Part shown: positions 53,123 to 62,737 of the stretch, piece by piece
How positions within the stretch are numbered: position 1 is the stretch's first letter
Layout of the letters: each line of letters starts with the position of its first letter
Assembly (NCBI GenBank): GCA_049967475.1
Contig: JBMFSQ010000002.1
Location: 160,001 to 224,000, forward strand
Length of the DNA stretch: 64,000 nt
Source of the DNA: Chthonomonadales bacterium
GTDB lineage: Bacteria > Armatimonadota > Chthonomonadetes > Chthonomonadales > CAJBBX01
Reading direction: 5' to 3'
Translations under genes and position numbers: made by a program
The notes under the pieces: generated by a model
The model's input: the letters and a program-made list of their open reading frames with translations, nothing else
What the model was told of the DNA's origin: nothing
The model's database searches: none

Positions 53123-53202
53123 CGGTTCCCCTCCTTCCGCAAACCGCTGAAAGCAAAGAACATCCGGGCGCTCGATGTTGCTTACCTACTCTGACGCTCT
53201 AG

Positions 53203-53228
53203 TTACTCGTTTGTGACAAGGAAATTCC
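53203..53228 (-). promoter_or_regulatory. Possible ECF-type autoregulatory promoter
   Basis: Minus strand GGAAT-N17-GTAA, about 80 nt upstream of the ECF start. Confidence 0.35.
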
Positions 53229-53416
53229 GGAAACGCCGCGCTCATGATGACACGCCGGCACCAAAGCCCCTCCATCGGCAGAGCCGGCAACCTCGGGGAA
53301 CGCCGGGCGGTCACTCTCCCGTATACGGACCGGGGTTGGTGCGTTCGGGCCGGCAAAGTCGGCACCAAAGGGCATGCACTTTTGTATTCTCATGGGTATG
53401 CCGGGGGGAGTTGCCT

Positions 53417-56400
53417 GTGAACCGCCTCATCGTTGCCATCGTCGCTGCTTCCATTGTTCTCCTGGCGTGCCGCGCGGGAGCTCAAGGATATCGGAATGTG
53501 GTCAATACCCGCTTCAACACCATCGCCAATGGGCCCCTGAATGCGCTCATCGTGGATGGGTCGCCCCGTTCCAACCAAACACTGGCGGCGGTAATGAACC
53601 GGGTGGCTGTTGTACGCCGGGCGCGCCGAAGCGCTGTTGCCCGTGAGATTGCCTTATTGCAGCGCGCCGGCGCCCTGAAGCCCTCTGCAACACCAGGCAT
53701 CCCCGATCTGGTGGTGCTGCGACAGAACGGTCGCCTGGTCCTTCCCGCCCAGAAACCCCACCGCGGGCCCAACGATATTACCTTCGTCCTTCCCATCACT
53801 ACCCAATCCGGCGACGGCGGCTGGACGGCTCCCCAGCAGCAGGACCTTCAGCAGATCATCAACATCGTCTATCCGGAGCTCAAGAACGTCTATGGGAACC
53901 CTTCGTGGTCCGGGCAGGTTACCGTTCTGGACGGCGACAACCTTTCTCCCGCGCTTGCAGACCGCCCTGCGCTTTCCGGCGGCATTTATAACGTGTCTAC
54001 CCAGCAAATCATCTTTGCCCAATACAACAGCGCTCAGACACGGGTGCTGAACCTTACGCAGATGATGGCACTGGCCTTCCGCGGAGCTTCGGGCATCTCG
54101 TACGATGCATGGGAGGCAGGCATGGCCCGAGCCGCCACCGTGCTTACCGTGCGCAACGTGCTTCCGCGCATCCAGCCCCTTTATGCCGAACCCATCAACG
54201 TGTCCGACCCGCTCTATCATAAGCTAGATTACTATGACTGGCTGAACCAGCCTCCTTTGGGCAATGACCGCTTCTATCCCATCCCGCAACAGAACAACCC
54301 GGTAAACCCTACGAGCCTCGCAGGCATGCTTGTGCCCAGGCTCCAGATGTCCGCATCGGCGTGGTTGAAGGTCGCAGCCGAAAACCCTTCCTTCTTCCAT
54401 GCCTTCAACGACGCCTACTATGCAGCATTGGCAGCCAATCCAAACCTCAGGAACAACATCCCAGGTCTGAAGACACTTGCCGCCGGGATCGTTCCCACCG
54501 TGGAAGGCCTCCCATTTGCCGATTGGTACAGTCGCCAATACGTACTAGACACGAGCGTGTCCATAGGCAATAAACTTTACGCATGGGCACTTCCGGTGCG
54601 GCCCGACGCCGGCCAGGATGATTACGCCCTCGCCGTGGTCTTGGTTTACTACAAAACCGTGATCACTTCGGGCGGGAACTCCGACGAAACGGAGCTCAAC
54701 GGGATCTGCTTCCCCATCTACTGGGACTACACATTCCAGAACCGCCTCTTCCTGGGAGCTCAATACGAACGTGTAGACATCCAAAGCGGGGTCGGAGCCG
54801 TGTCTCCAGTCTTCCTCAACAGTGTAGGCGGGGATGCCAACCTCCACGGGATGATGCGCATCACCATAGACTTCCCGGTGAACCTGGAGGTAGCCCGTCT
54901 TTCGGTAGCTCCTCGGTCCATGGGCACAGCCACAGCTCCCAACAACTTCTGGGGAACCATCATAGGAGCAGACACGGGCACAGTGCGCATTCAGACGGAG
55001 AACGGCGCAGATGCCCAGTTCAGCGTGCAGCAAGGCGCCTTTGGAGGCGCGGTGAACCTCCCATCCGGTTCGACTGCCTTCAACGGCATCGGGCGCGCCA
55101 CCATCACGTTCACGTCATCTACGGGCCAGACTGCGGTGCGCAAGATCAATACGGGCTACGGAGAACTCGCCGCAACCATCTACGCCGCGGACCCCGTGTC
55201 CAGCCTCACGCATACCTTTGCCGCCGGTCCCCAGATGGTAGCCTTCCCTATACGGCCCCTTAAGCCCAAGGCTGCCGATGCTCTTCTGGATCCTGCCACC
55301 CATGAGCCGCTCTTCAATGACACGAACCTGCTGATGGCCCGGTGGCGACAGGATGCCCCCGGCGATGATAAGTATTTGCGCTATCCGTCCATGGATCCCA
55401 TCACGCCGGGATACGGATACTGGATCAACCTGCCGGCTCAAACAACCATCGAGATCAACGGACAGATGGCCGACAGTCAAACCGACCTCTCTGCAGGGCT
55501 CACCCATGGATGGAACCAGATCGGCAATCCCTATACCCAACCGATCGCCCTCAACAGCCTTCAATTTCAGTACCAAGCCGATAACGTGCCGCGAGATCTG
55601 CAAACGGCCATCAGCTTGGGATGGATCGCTGCGCAAAACATCCCGCAGGTGGGCCAGGTAGCCGTTTGGCAGTTCGATCCTGCGAATGGGTACACACCTG
55701 CCTCATCGCTGGATCCCTGGCGGGGTTATTGGATCAGGGTCAACGTGTCCGAGGGCCTTACCATCACGTATCCCAATCCGGGTCGTTCCGTAAAAACCGG
55801 GCAAGCCCAGCGCAGCTCTTCGCCCACGGCGCCTCAAGGTTGGTCCGCAATCCTGCGCGTACGTGCCGAGGACGGATCGGCTTCATCCGTCATCCTCGGG
55901 CGGGCCGATGGAGCTGCGGACGGTTACGATGCCCGCTTCGATGCACTCCTGCCCCCCGGGTTCAGCCGCGCTGGGCCAACCGTGTCCTTCCCCCACCCGG
56001 AATGGGGAGCAAACGCCGGAGAGTACTATAGCGAGGTGCATAGCCCGCTGTCGCCTGCGCCTTGGGATTTCCGAGTAACCGTGCCTGATCCGCGGAAGGT
56101 GTACACCCTCAACTGGCCCGGGTACCATAACCCTCCCGGCGGAACTCGCTTGGTCCTGGTGGATCCTTCCAACGGCCGAAGGGTATATCTGGACCGCGCT
56201 TCCGCGTACACGTTCGTACCCAATTCCTCGGCAGCATCCTTCCGCATCATACCGGAACTACGGGGCGCCGCAGCTCTGCGCATCTTCAATCTGACGGCAG
56301 TGTCTTCCAGGGCATCAGGGATGCGCACAATGGAGATTGCCTACACCCTTTCGGCAGATGCCGAACTTACGGCGGAGATACGGGGCGGCGACGGAAGGCC

Positions 56401-56578
56401 GGTTCGGCATCTGGCTTCCGGCAGGGTAGCGCCCGCCGGCATAGGGCGTCTGATTTGGGATTTGCGATCCGACGCCGGCATCAGCGTTCCGGCAGGCGTC
56501 TATGTGCTGCAGATTTCGGCGCGCACGTCCGGCGGGCAAGCCGCTAGAGCCGTCCAGCCCATCGTGGTGGTGCGATAA
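53417..56578 (+). CDS. Large secreted multidomain protein with C-terminal FlgD-Ig-like domain
   Basis: Signal peptide VNRLIVAIVAAS...AGA, GWNQIGNPY repeat-type motif, terminal IAYTLS...VRHL...WDLRSDAG..VPAGVY. Confidence 0.8.
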   Translation: MNRLIVAIVAASIVLLACRAGAQGYRNVVNTRFNTIANGPLNALIVDGSPRSNQTLAAVMNRVAVVRRARRSAVAREIALLQRAGALKPSATPGIPDLVVLRQNGRLVLPAQKPHRGPNDITFVLPITTQSGDGGWTAPQQQDLQQIINIVYPELKNVYGNPSWSGQVTVLDGDNLSPALADRPALSGGIYNVSTQQIIFAQYNSAQTRVLNLTQMMALAFRGASGISYDAWEAGMARAATVLTVRNVLPRIQPLYAEPINVSDPLYHKLDYYDWLNQPPLGNDRFYPIPQQNNPVNPTSLAGMLVPRLQMSASAWLKVAAENPSFFHAFNDAYYAALAANPNLRNNIPGLKTLAAGIVPTVEGLPFADWYSRQYVLDTSVSIGNKLYAWALPVRPDAGQDDYALAVVLVYYKTVITSGGNSDETELNGICFPIYWDYTFQNRLFLGAQYERVDIQSGVGAVSPVFLNSVGGDANLHGMMRITIDFPVNLEVARLSVAPRSMGTATAPNNFWGTIIGADTGTVRIQTENGADAQFSVQQGAFGGAVNLPSGSTAFNGIGRATITFTSSTGQTAVRKINTGYGELAATIYAADPVSSLTHTFAAGPQMVAFPIRPLKPKAADALLDPATHEPLFNDTNLLMARWRQDAPGDDKYLRYPSMDPITPGYGYWINLPAQTTIEINGQMADSQTDLSAGLTHGWNQIGNPYTQPIALNSLQFQYQADNVPRDLQTAISLGWIAAQNIPQVGQVAVWQFDPANGYTPASSLDPWRGYWIRVNVSEGLTITYPNPGRSVKTGQAQRSSSPTAPQGWSAILRVRAEDGSASSVILGRADGAADGYDARFDALLPPGFSRAGPTVSFPHPEWGANAGEYYSEVHSPLSPAPWDFRVTVPDPRKVYTLNWPGYHNPPGGTRLVLVDPSNGRRVYLDRASAYTFVPNSSAASFRIIPELRGAAALRIFNLTAVSSRASGMRTMEIAYTLSADAELTAEIRGGDGRPVRHLASGRVAPAGIGRLIWDLRSDAGISVPAGVYVLQISARTSGGQAARAVQPIVVVR

Positions 56579-56620
56579 TAGCGAGCGGTGAGCGGTGAGC
56601 ACCGCGTGGGGGCTCCTCCT

Positions 56621-56758
56621 TTCCTCCCCGTGAACAAGGGAGGAAGAGCATCCTCCCCGCGGGCGGCGAGGGTTGGGGCGGGGGTTCTGTAAACTGTAAA
56701 ACGGGAAGCACCCCTTTTATTTATTCCCCCGCAAACGGGGATGGAGAGTTGGGAGTGG
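56621..56758. repeat. Three degenerate REP-like hairpins
   Basis: TTCCTCCC-N9-GGGAGGAA; CCTCCCCGCGGGCGGCGAGGGTTGGGGCGGGGG; TCCCCCGCAAACGGGGA...GAGTTGGGAGTGG. Confidence 0.45.
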
Positions 56759-56775
56759 ATAGAAAGCGAGGCAGC

Positions 56776-57675
56776 GTGAAGCACTTTCTGAGGATTGCCG
56801 CGTTGTTAGGCCCCTTGGGCCTCGTAGCCTGTGGCGGTGGAGGGGGTGGCGGGCCGACAGGGGATGTCGCGGGTACCGTTTACGTGGTTGGAGCCGCCGC
56901 GCTCCAGGGAGCTGTCGTGACTATTGGCGGCCGGCAAACGCAGACGGACGTGGGCGGCAACTTCCTGATGCGCAGTGTGCCCGTCAATGCAGGTACCCTT
57001 TCCATCACGGGGAGTGGCATTCAACCCCTCACCCAGCCGCTTGCACCCCTTACTCCCAATGCGCGCAATGACTTGGGAAACATCTTCGTCGTGGCCTCCG
57101 GGGGCGCTTATACCGCCGATGTCCAAGGCACGGTTGTGCGTTCCGACACGCTGCAACCAGTGTCTGGCGCGCGCGTGCTCCTCAACGGGATGGTGTTCGT
57201 GACCGGCGCCGACGGCAAGTTCCAATTCACCAAGCTGCCGGTGGGTCTTGGGGGCGGAACCATCCCGGTAGGATTGATCACACTCCATGACGCCAACGGC
57301 ATCCCGTTGCTGGAAGACAAGCCCCTTCTTCTGGACCTGCCCCTTGGCGCCTCGCCTCCAGTCAACGATTTAGGCCTCATTCCCATGTCTCCGCCCGTGG
57401 GCTCGATCCCCGGCGGCCCGTACAACATCCGCGGTACGGTAACGCTTCAAGGGCTCACGGATTACAGCGGCACTACCGTCACCCTCATCGCTAAGGCCAC
57501 GGGCTCAACCGTGCAAACCTTCACTACGGACGCCTCGGGAGGCTACGGCTTCTGGGTGGTTCCCGGCGCCTACACGGTGAAGGCGGAACATGCAGGCTTC
57601 ACCACTCAGCAAGCAGACGTTACCCTTACTGCGCCCGATCAGCCGGTGACGCACAACTTCACGCTGACACCGTGA
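56776..57675 (+). CDS. Lipoprotein with carboxypeptidase-regulatory-like (transthyretin-fold) repeats
   Basis: Lipobox LVAC followed by G-rich linker; three G.V...GA.V...TD..G.F/Y repeats. Confidence 0.82.
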   Translation: MKHFLRIAALLGPLGLVACGGGGGGGPTGDVAGTVYVVGAAALQGAVVTIGGRQTQTDVGGNFLMRSVPVNAGTLSITGSGIQPLTQPLAPLTPNARNDLGNIFVVASGGAYTADVQGTVVRSDTLQPVSGARVLLNGMVFVTGADGKFQFTKLPVGLGGGTIPVGLITLHDANGIPLLEDKPLLLDLPLGASPPVNDLGLIPMSPPVGSIPGGPYNIRGTVTLQGLTDYSGTTVTLIAKATGSTVQTFTTDASGGYGFWVVPGAYTVKAEHAGFTTQQADVTLTAPDQPVTHNFTLTP

Positions 57676-57714
57676 CGAGTATGCCGAGCGGGGAGTAGCG
57701 GCAGGGGTATGAGA

Positions 57715-57738
57715 AGGGGCGAAAGATCTTTCGCCCCT
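57715..57738. terminator. Perfect palindrome: bidirectional terminator or GTAG-type REP remnant
   Basis: AGGGGCGAAAGATCTTTCGCCCCT (24-nt perfect palindrome) between convergent genes. Confidence 0.65.
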
Positions 57739-57813
57739 ATCGAGCAGAGAGCGGCACAGGTTCCATCCTGAGAAAACCACCCAGCCTGTGCGTGGACGCA
57801 CGCAGACAGGCCG

Positions 57814-58686
57814 TCAGCCAACGGCGTCTTCCTTCCATCCCCGCACCACGGCATCGGCCATACGCACTACGCGCACCATCTCGCGCACATCGTGCACCCG
57901 CACCAATGCCGCCCCGCCTGCAATGGCCAATGCCACCGTAGCGGCAGTCCCTTCCAAACGCTCTTCAACCGGCAGTCCGCCCAAGACCTTTCCGATGGTG
58001 GACTTCCTGGAGGTTCCCAGAGCCACGGGCAGCCCCAGAGTTCCGAACTCGCGCAATCGCCGGAGGAGTTCCAGGTTCTGCTCGGCAGTCTTCCCGAACC
58101 CAAAGCCTGGATCCACAAAGATGTGCTCTCGAGAAATCCCTGCCGCCGCAGCCGCTTCCACGCGCCCCGCCAGCCACTCCCGCACCTCCGCGACCACATC
58201 GGTGTAGCGGGGATCCTGCTGCATGGTGCGCGGAGTGCCCTTGATATGCATCAGGATCACCGGTACGTGAAGATCGGCAACCGTCGCTGCCATGTCGGCA
58301 TCGAAGGTCATAGCGCTGATATCGTTCACCATGGCCGCACCCGCTTCAACGGCTCTTCGGGCAACTGCGGCCTTATAGGTGTCTATCGAAAGCGGTACGG
58401 GGCAGCGCGCCGATAGCTCGCGGATCACGGGTAGGACGCGCTCCAGCTCTTGATCCACCGTTAGGGGTTCGGCACCTGGCCGGGTGGACTCACCGCCGAT
58501 GTCTATGAGATCGGCTCCCTCCTCCGCCATTTGGAGGCCGTGACGCACTGCGGCGTCCGGATCCAAATACCGCCCTCCATCGGAGAACGAGTCCGGCGTA
58601 ACATTGAGGATGCCCATCACCAGAGTGCGGGTTCCGTGACGGGCGATGGCGAGCAGATATTCCATGGAGCGCGGCTCCAACAGCAT
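57814..58686 (-). CDS. folP: Dihydropteroate synthase (start uncertain, 58666-58767)
   Basis: MGILNVTPDSFSDGG, DIGGESTRPG, SIDTYK, DPGFGFGK, GTSRKS, RVHDV. Confidence 0.95.
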   Translation of the reverse strand: MLLEPRSMEYLLAIARHGTRTLVMGILNVTPDSFSDGGRYLDPDAAVRHGLQMAEEGADLIDIGGESTRPGAEPLTVDQELERVLPVIRELSARCPVPLSIDTYKAAVARRAVEAGAAMVNDISAMTFDADMAATVADLHVPVILMHIKGTPRTMQQDPRYTDVVAEVREWLAGRVEAAAAAGISREHIFVDPGFGFGKTAEQNLELLRRLREFGTLGLPVALGTSRKSTIGKVLGGLPVEERLEGTAATVALAIAGGAALVRVHDVREMVRVVRMADAVVRGWKEDAVG

Positions 58687-58830
58687 CCTCCTGCTTGTTA
58701 CGGCAAGCAATTCCCCACGCAAGGATGCCGGTTCTGCACCGGCTTGGGGGTCAGCGCGGCTCGGCACCTTGACACGTTCCTCCGTAGGGATTATGCTTAG
58801 CCTAGGGAACTGCGAACACGTGGGGATAGG

Positions 58831-59520
58831 TTACCTTGCAGCATACCGCCTGAGTTTGGCGGGATTCACCACAACGATGGCGCGGCCCTCCATGCGGATT
58901 GCACCCACGCGCCTGAGGTTCGCGAGCGCTCGATTGACCGTCTCCCGGGTGGCGCCGATGCGTTCGGCTATCTCCTGTTGGGAGAAGCGCACATCAATGC
59001 GTTGCCCGGATGCTGTAGGCGATCCGTGGGTTTGGAGGAGGCCAAGCAGAAACTCCGAGAGCCTGCCTGTTACGTTCAGTTCGCGAAAACTCTCCTGGTG
59101 ATCCGCTGCCTGCCTGAGGCGGTCGGCCAGGGTAGCCATGATGCTCAAGGCGATGCGTGGAGATTCTTCGATAGCCAGCAAAAAGCCTTCGCGGTCCAGA
59201 ACGAGAACGTCGCAAGCCTCGCTCGTAACCGCGTCGGCCATGCGAGGCTTGCCGTCTATCAGCGAGAGTTCGCCAAAGGGCTCCCCAGGGCCCCGTTCGG
59301 CGATGTGAACGACCTCTCCTGAAGCGGTTATCGTCTGGATGCTGACCCGCCCGCGCACAATCACATAGAGAGTATGGCCGGGATCTCCTTCGTGGAAGAT
59401 GGCTTCTCCGGCTGGAAAGCTGCGGCGGCGGCAGTGCGTGGAGAGCACAGCCAGTGCATCCTCGTCCAGTGCCGAGAAGATGGGTACCTGCTTCAGAAGA
59501 ATTTGGGTGGAGGTTTCCAT
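58831..59520 (-). CDS. Crp/Fnr family regulator with cyclic-nucleotide-binding domain
   Basis: IFHEGDPG, phosphate-binding cassette FGELSLIDGKPRMADA, HTH SQQEIAERIGATRETVNRAL. Confidence 0.93.
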   Translation of the reverse strand: METSTQILLKQVPIFSALDEDALAVLSTHCRRRSFPAGEAIFHEGDPGHTLYVIVRGRVSIQTITASGEVVHIAERGPGEPFGELSLIDGKPRMADAVTSEACDVLVLDREGFLLAIEESPRIALSIMATLADRLRQAADHQESFRELNVTGRLSEFLLGLLQTHGSPTASGQRIDVRFSQQEIAERIGATRETVNRALANLRRVGAIRMEGRAIVVVNPAKLRRYAAR

Positions 59521-59625
59521 GATCGCGTCGTGCCGTGCCAATGACCGGGCGAGCCTCGGCACTATTATTCACCGTTCAGGAGGCAGCTTCCCTGCATGAA
59601 GAAGCCGCAGTGAGGTTCTAATGGT

Positions 59626-62331
59626 GTGATGCGCGATTTGCCGACCGGTATTCTGACCTTCCTGTTCACGGATATCGTGGGTTCCACCCGCTTGTGGGAG
59701 GAGCATCCCCAGGCGATGTCCCAGGCGTACGCCCGTCACGGCGCCATCATCGCCGATGCGGTGCAGACACACTCCGGAGTGCTGGTTCGCTCGCGTGGCG
59801 AAGGAGACAGCACCTTCTCGGTGTTCACACGCCCCGAAGACGCCGTAGCGGCTGCCTGCGCCCTGCAGATCGCGCTTCACCAAGAACCCTGGCCGCCGGA
59901 TGCAACGATACGGGTGCGCGCGGCCCTGCACACCGGCGAGGGCGAGACGGACGGCTACGATTACAACAGCGCCGACGTTAACCGCTGCGCCCGCATCCGC
60001 GCAATCGCCCATGGAGGTCAAACGCTTCTCTCCAGAGCCACAGCGGAACGCGTGCATGATGCCTTGCCCAAGGGAGCGTCTCTGCGAGACCTGGGTCTCC
60101 ACCGCCTCAAAGACCTCAGCCGCCCGGAACGCGTATTTCAGCTCCTCCACCCGGACCTTCCCGCGGACTTTCCGCCCCTGTTATCACTCAATGCACTGCC
60201 GAACAACCTCCCTCAGCACCTAACCTCCTTCATCGGGCGGCAGCGAGAGATCAAAGAGATTGGCGCGCAATTGGCCTCCGCACGCATACTGACGCTTGCC
60301 GGCCCCGGAGGGCTGGGCAAGACACGGCTAGCCCTTCAGGCTGCGGCACAGCTTCTGGATGAATTCCCAGGAGGCGTTTGGTTTGTGGATCTGGCGCCTC
60401 TCCGCGACGAGGGGCTCGTTCCCAGAGCCGTTGCCGGCGCCGTAGGCGCCCGGGATGAACCGGCTCGGGATACTCTGGATGTGCTCATCGCCCATCTTCG
60501 GGATCGGCGGGCGCTCATCGTTTTGGATAACTGTGAGCACCTTATCGGGGCGTGCGCGAAACTGGCAGAAGAACTCCTGGAACAGTGTTCGCTCCTCCGC
60601 ATCCTGGCCACCAGCCGGGAGCCGCTCCGCATCCCCGGCGAAACGGTGTGGCGCCTGATGCCCCTTACTTTCCCATCTTTAGAGGGACCCGTGCTTACTC
60701 CGGATCCGATCGTGCTTGGGCGCTACGATGCCGTACGCCTCTTTGTAGATCGTGCCCGATCGGCCAATGCGCAGTTCCGCCTTACTGCCGCCAACGCACC
60801 CGCCGTCACCGAAATCTGCCGCCGTCTGGACGGCATTCCTCTTGCGCTGGAGCTGGCAGCTTCCCGAACGGCCAGCCTCGGCATCGAGAACGTGTCCCGG
60901 CGACTGGATGACCTCTTTCGCCTCCTTACAGGCGGATCCCGAACCTCTCTGCCGCGCCAGCAGACCCTTGAAGCGCTCATCGGCTGGAGTTACGACCTTC
61001 TGGACGATGCGGAACGCGTGGTATTCCGCCGACTGGCCGTTTTCGCCGGGAGTTGGGATCTGGAAGCTGCAGAGGTCATCATCCCAGATGGACGCTCCAG
61101 GGGAGACCCGGCCCAGGATGTACTGACCATCCTGGCACAGCTCGTAGATAAGTCGCTCGTGATGCTGGAAGAGGATGGCAGCGGCGCGGAACGATACCGC
61201 ATGCTCCAAACCATAAGGGCCTATGCGCAACGCCGCCTGGACGAAGCCGGTGAGGCCGATGCGGTGGCGGCGCGCCATCTGGCCTATTACACAGCCATGG
61301 TTGAAAAAGCGGAACCTCAATTGGTGGGCCCGCATCAGGCCCAATGGCTGGATCGGCTGGAAGCGGACCATGACAATATCCGCGCTGCTTTGGCTTTTGC
61401 TCTCGCTGCCGGGCATACGGATGAGGGACTGCGCCTAGCCTCGGCGGTATGGCGTTTCTGGCTGGTGCGGGGCTACCTCAATGAAGGCAGAAGCAGGCTG
61501 GCGTCGCTGCTGGATGCCGCACGACCGCAGGCGCCAAGCCAAGCTTTTTGCAAGGCGCTCCATGCTGAAGGAAGGTTGGCAGGCTGCCAGGGAGACTATG
61601 AAGCCGCTTCAGCGCTGTTGCTCGAGGCCCTTCACCTGCAGGAGGCTCTAGGCGACAAGAGGGGTGCAGCGGCATCCCTGTTGTCCCTTGGGGTAGTGGC
61701 AGGCGAACGGGGCGATATGGATCAGGCCGAAGAGTATTTCCGCAGAAGCCTTAAAATCCAACAGGATGAGGGCGACGTGAGGGGTTCCGCCATGTCGCTT
61801 CAGAACCTGGGGAACGTTGCGGTCTACCGCCAGGACTGGCACACGGCCCGAAGTTTCCTGGAACAGAGCCTTCGGCTTTGCCGGCAAGTGGGCGACACGC
61901 AAGGAATGGCCATCGCCCTCAACAACCTCGGCCACATCTGTGCCCGCCTGGAGGATTTCGACACGGCCCATCGCTATTTCCGCGAGAGCCTTGCTCTATG
62001 CCGCAACTTGGGATACAAAGTGGGCATCGCTTCGGGCACGGATGAGATCGCCAAGCTTGCCGCCGCCAGGAATGATGCGGAGCGCGCTTGCCGCCTGATG
62101 GCAGCCTCCATCTCCCTGCGGGAAGAAATCCACGCCCCTGTACCACAGACCGACCGTGAGGAGTTTGATCGCCTGCTTTCATCCATCCGGTGCAGGCTCG
62201 GTCCCGAGCGCTTCGCCGCCGTGTGGAACGAGGGCCGAGCCATGTCCCTGGACGAAGCGGTAGCCTATGCCCTGGAGGACCTGGACGTTCCGGCCGGCAG
62301 CCCTCAACTGAAGCGCACCGCCGATGCCTGA
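59626..62331 (+). CDS. Class III nucleotide cyclase - STAND NTPase - TPR protein
   Basis: FTDIVGST, GEGDS, RAALHTG, VNRCARI; Walker A GPGGLGKT, Walker B LIVLDNCEH, ATSRE, GIPLALEL; C-terminal TPRs (SLQNLG, ALNNLG). Confidence 0.92.
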   Translation: MMRDLPTGILTFLFTDIVGSTRLWEEHPQAMSQAYARHGAIIADAVQTHSGVLVRSRGEGDSTFSVFTRPEDAVAAACALQIALHQEPWPPDATIRVRAALHTGEGETDGYDYNSADVNRCARIRAIAHGGQTLLSRATAERVHDALPKGASLRDLGLHRLKDLSRPERVFQLLHPDLPADFPPLLSLNALPNNLPQHLTSFIGRQREIKEIGAQLASARILTLAGPGGLGKTRLALQAAAQLLDEFPGGVWFVDLAPLRDEGLVPRAVAGAVGARDEPARDTLDVLIAHLRDRRALIVLDNCEHLIGACAKLAEELLEQCSLLRILATSREPLRIPGETVWRLMPLTFPSLEGPVLTPDPIVLGRYDAVRLFVDRARSANAQFRLTAANAPAVTEICRRLDGIPLALELAASRTASLGIENVSRRLDDLFRLLTGGSRTSLPRQQTLEALIGWSYDLLDDAERVVFRRLAVFAGSWDLEAAEVIIPDGRSRGDPAQDVLTILAQLVDKSLVMLEEDGSGAERYRMLQTIRAYAQRRLDEAGEADAVAARHLAYYTAMVEKAEPQLVGPHQAQWLDRLEADHDNIRAALAFALAAGHTDEGLRLASAVWRFWLVRGYLNEGRSRLASLLDAARPQAPSQAFCKALHAEGRLAGCQGDYEAASALLLEALHLQEALGDKRGAAASLLSLGVVAGERGDMDQAEEYFRRSLKIQQDEGDVRGSAMSLQNLGNVAVYRQDWHTARSFLEQSLRLCRQVGDTQGMAIALNNLGHICARLEDFDTAHRYFRESLALCRNLGYKVGIASGTDEIAKLAAARNDAERACRLMAASISLREEIHAPVPQTDREEFDRLLSSIRCRLGPERFAAVWNEGRAMSLDEAVAYALEDLDVPAGSPQLKRTADA

Positions 62332-62725
62332 CCGCCGTCGCAAGCCGCGCGCTTACGGCGTCAAGGGGATGCGGCGCCCTGCCCGGTATTGGCCCTGGAT
62401 TGCCGGCCTCGTAGCAGCTTGGGCAAGCGCGGCGGTAATTCTGCGCATCATTCTCCTCGGCATAGCACGAAACGATCTCGCTGGAGCTCCAGCCCGGGAA
62501 GTTATCGGAACCGTCGTGCGCGTAGCGTTTCCCGGCAGGCATACGCGCTGGGGCCCGGCCACCCCCCAAGCCATCCTGCGCGTAGGGGGTCAGGAAGTGC
62601 CCGCAATCGTGATGGACACGGCCCGCAGCCTGCACCCAGGGCAGCGCATGCGCTTCACCGTTCGCATAGGCCGCAGCGGCCAATGGTACGTAGAAGCGGC
62701 CTCCCCAGCTCCCCCGGACCCGTAA
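62324..62725 (+). CDS. Hypothetical single-pass membrane protein with small beta (OB-like) domain
   Basis: Basic N-terminus, TM helix WPWIAGLVAAWASAAVILRIILLG, 8-nt overlap with the cyclase gene. Confidence 0.6.
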   Translation: MPDRRRKPRAYGVKGMRRPARYWPWIAGLVAAWASAAVILRIILLGIARNDLAGAPAREVIGTVVRVAFPGRHTRWGPATPQAILRVGGQEVPAIVMDTARSLHPGQRMRFTVRIGRSGQWYVEAASPAPPDP

Positions 62726-62737
62726 CGTTGAACGGCA

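Noticed and set aside
59521..59640. CRP box in the crp/cyclase divergent region
   Set aside because: Only a half site (TGTGA at ~59625) without the TCACA arm.
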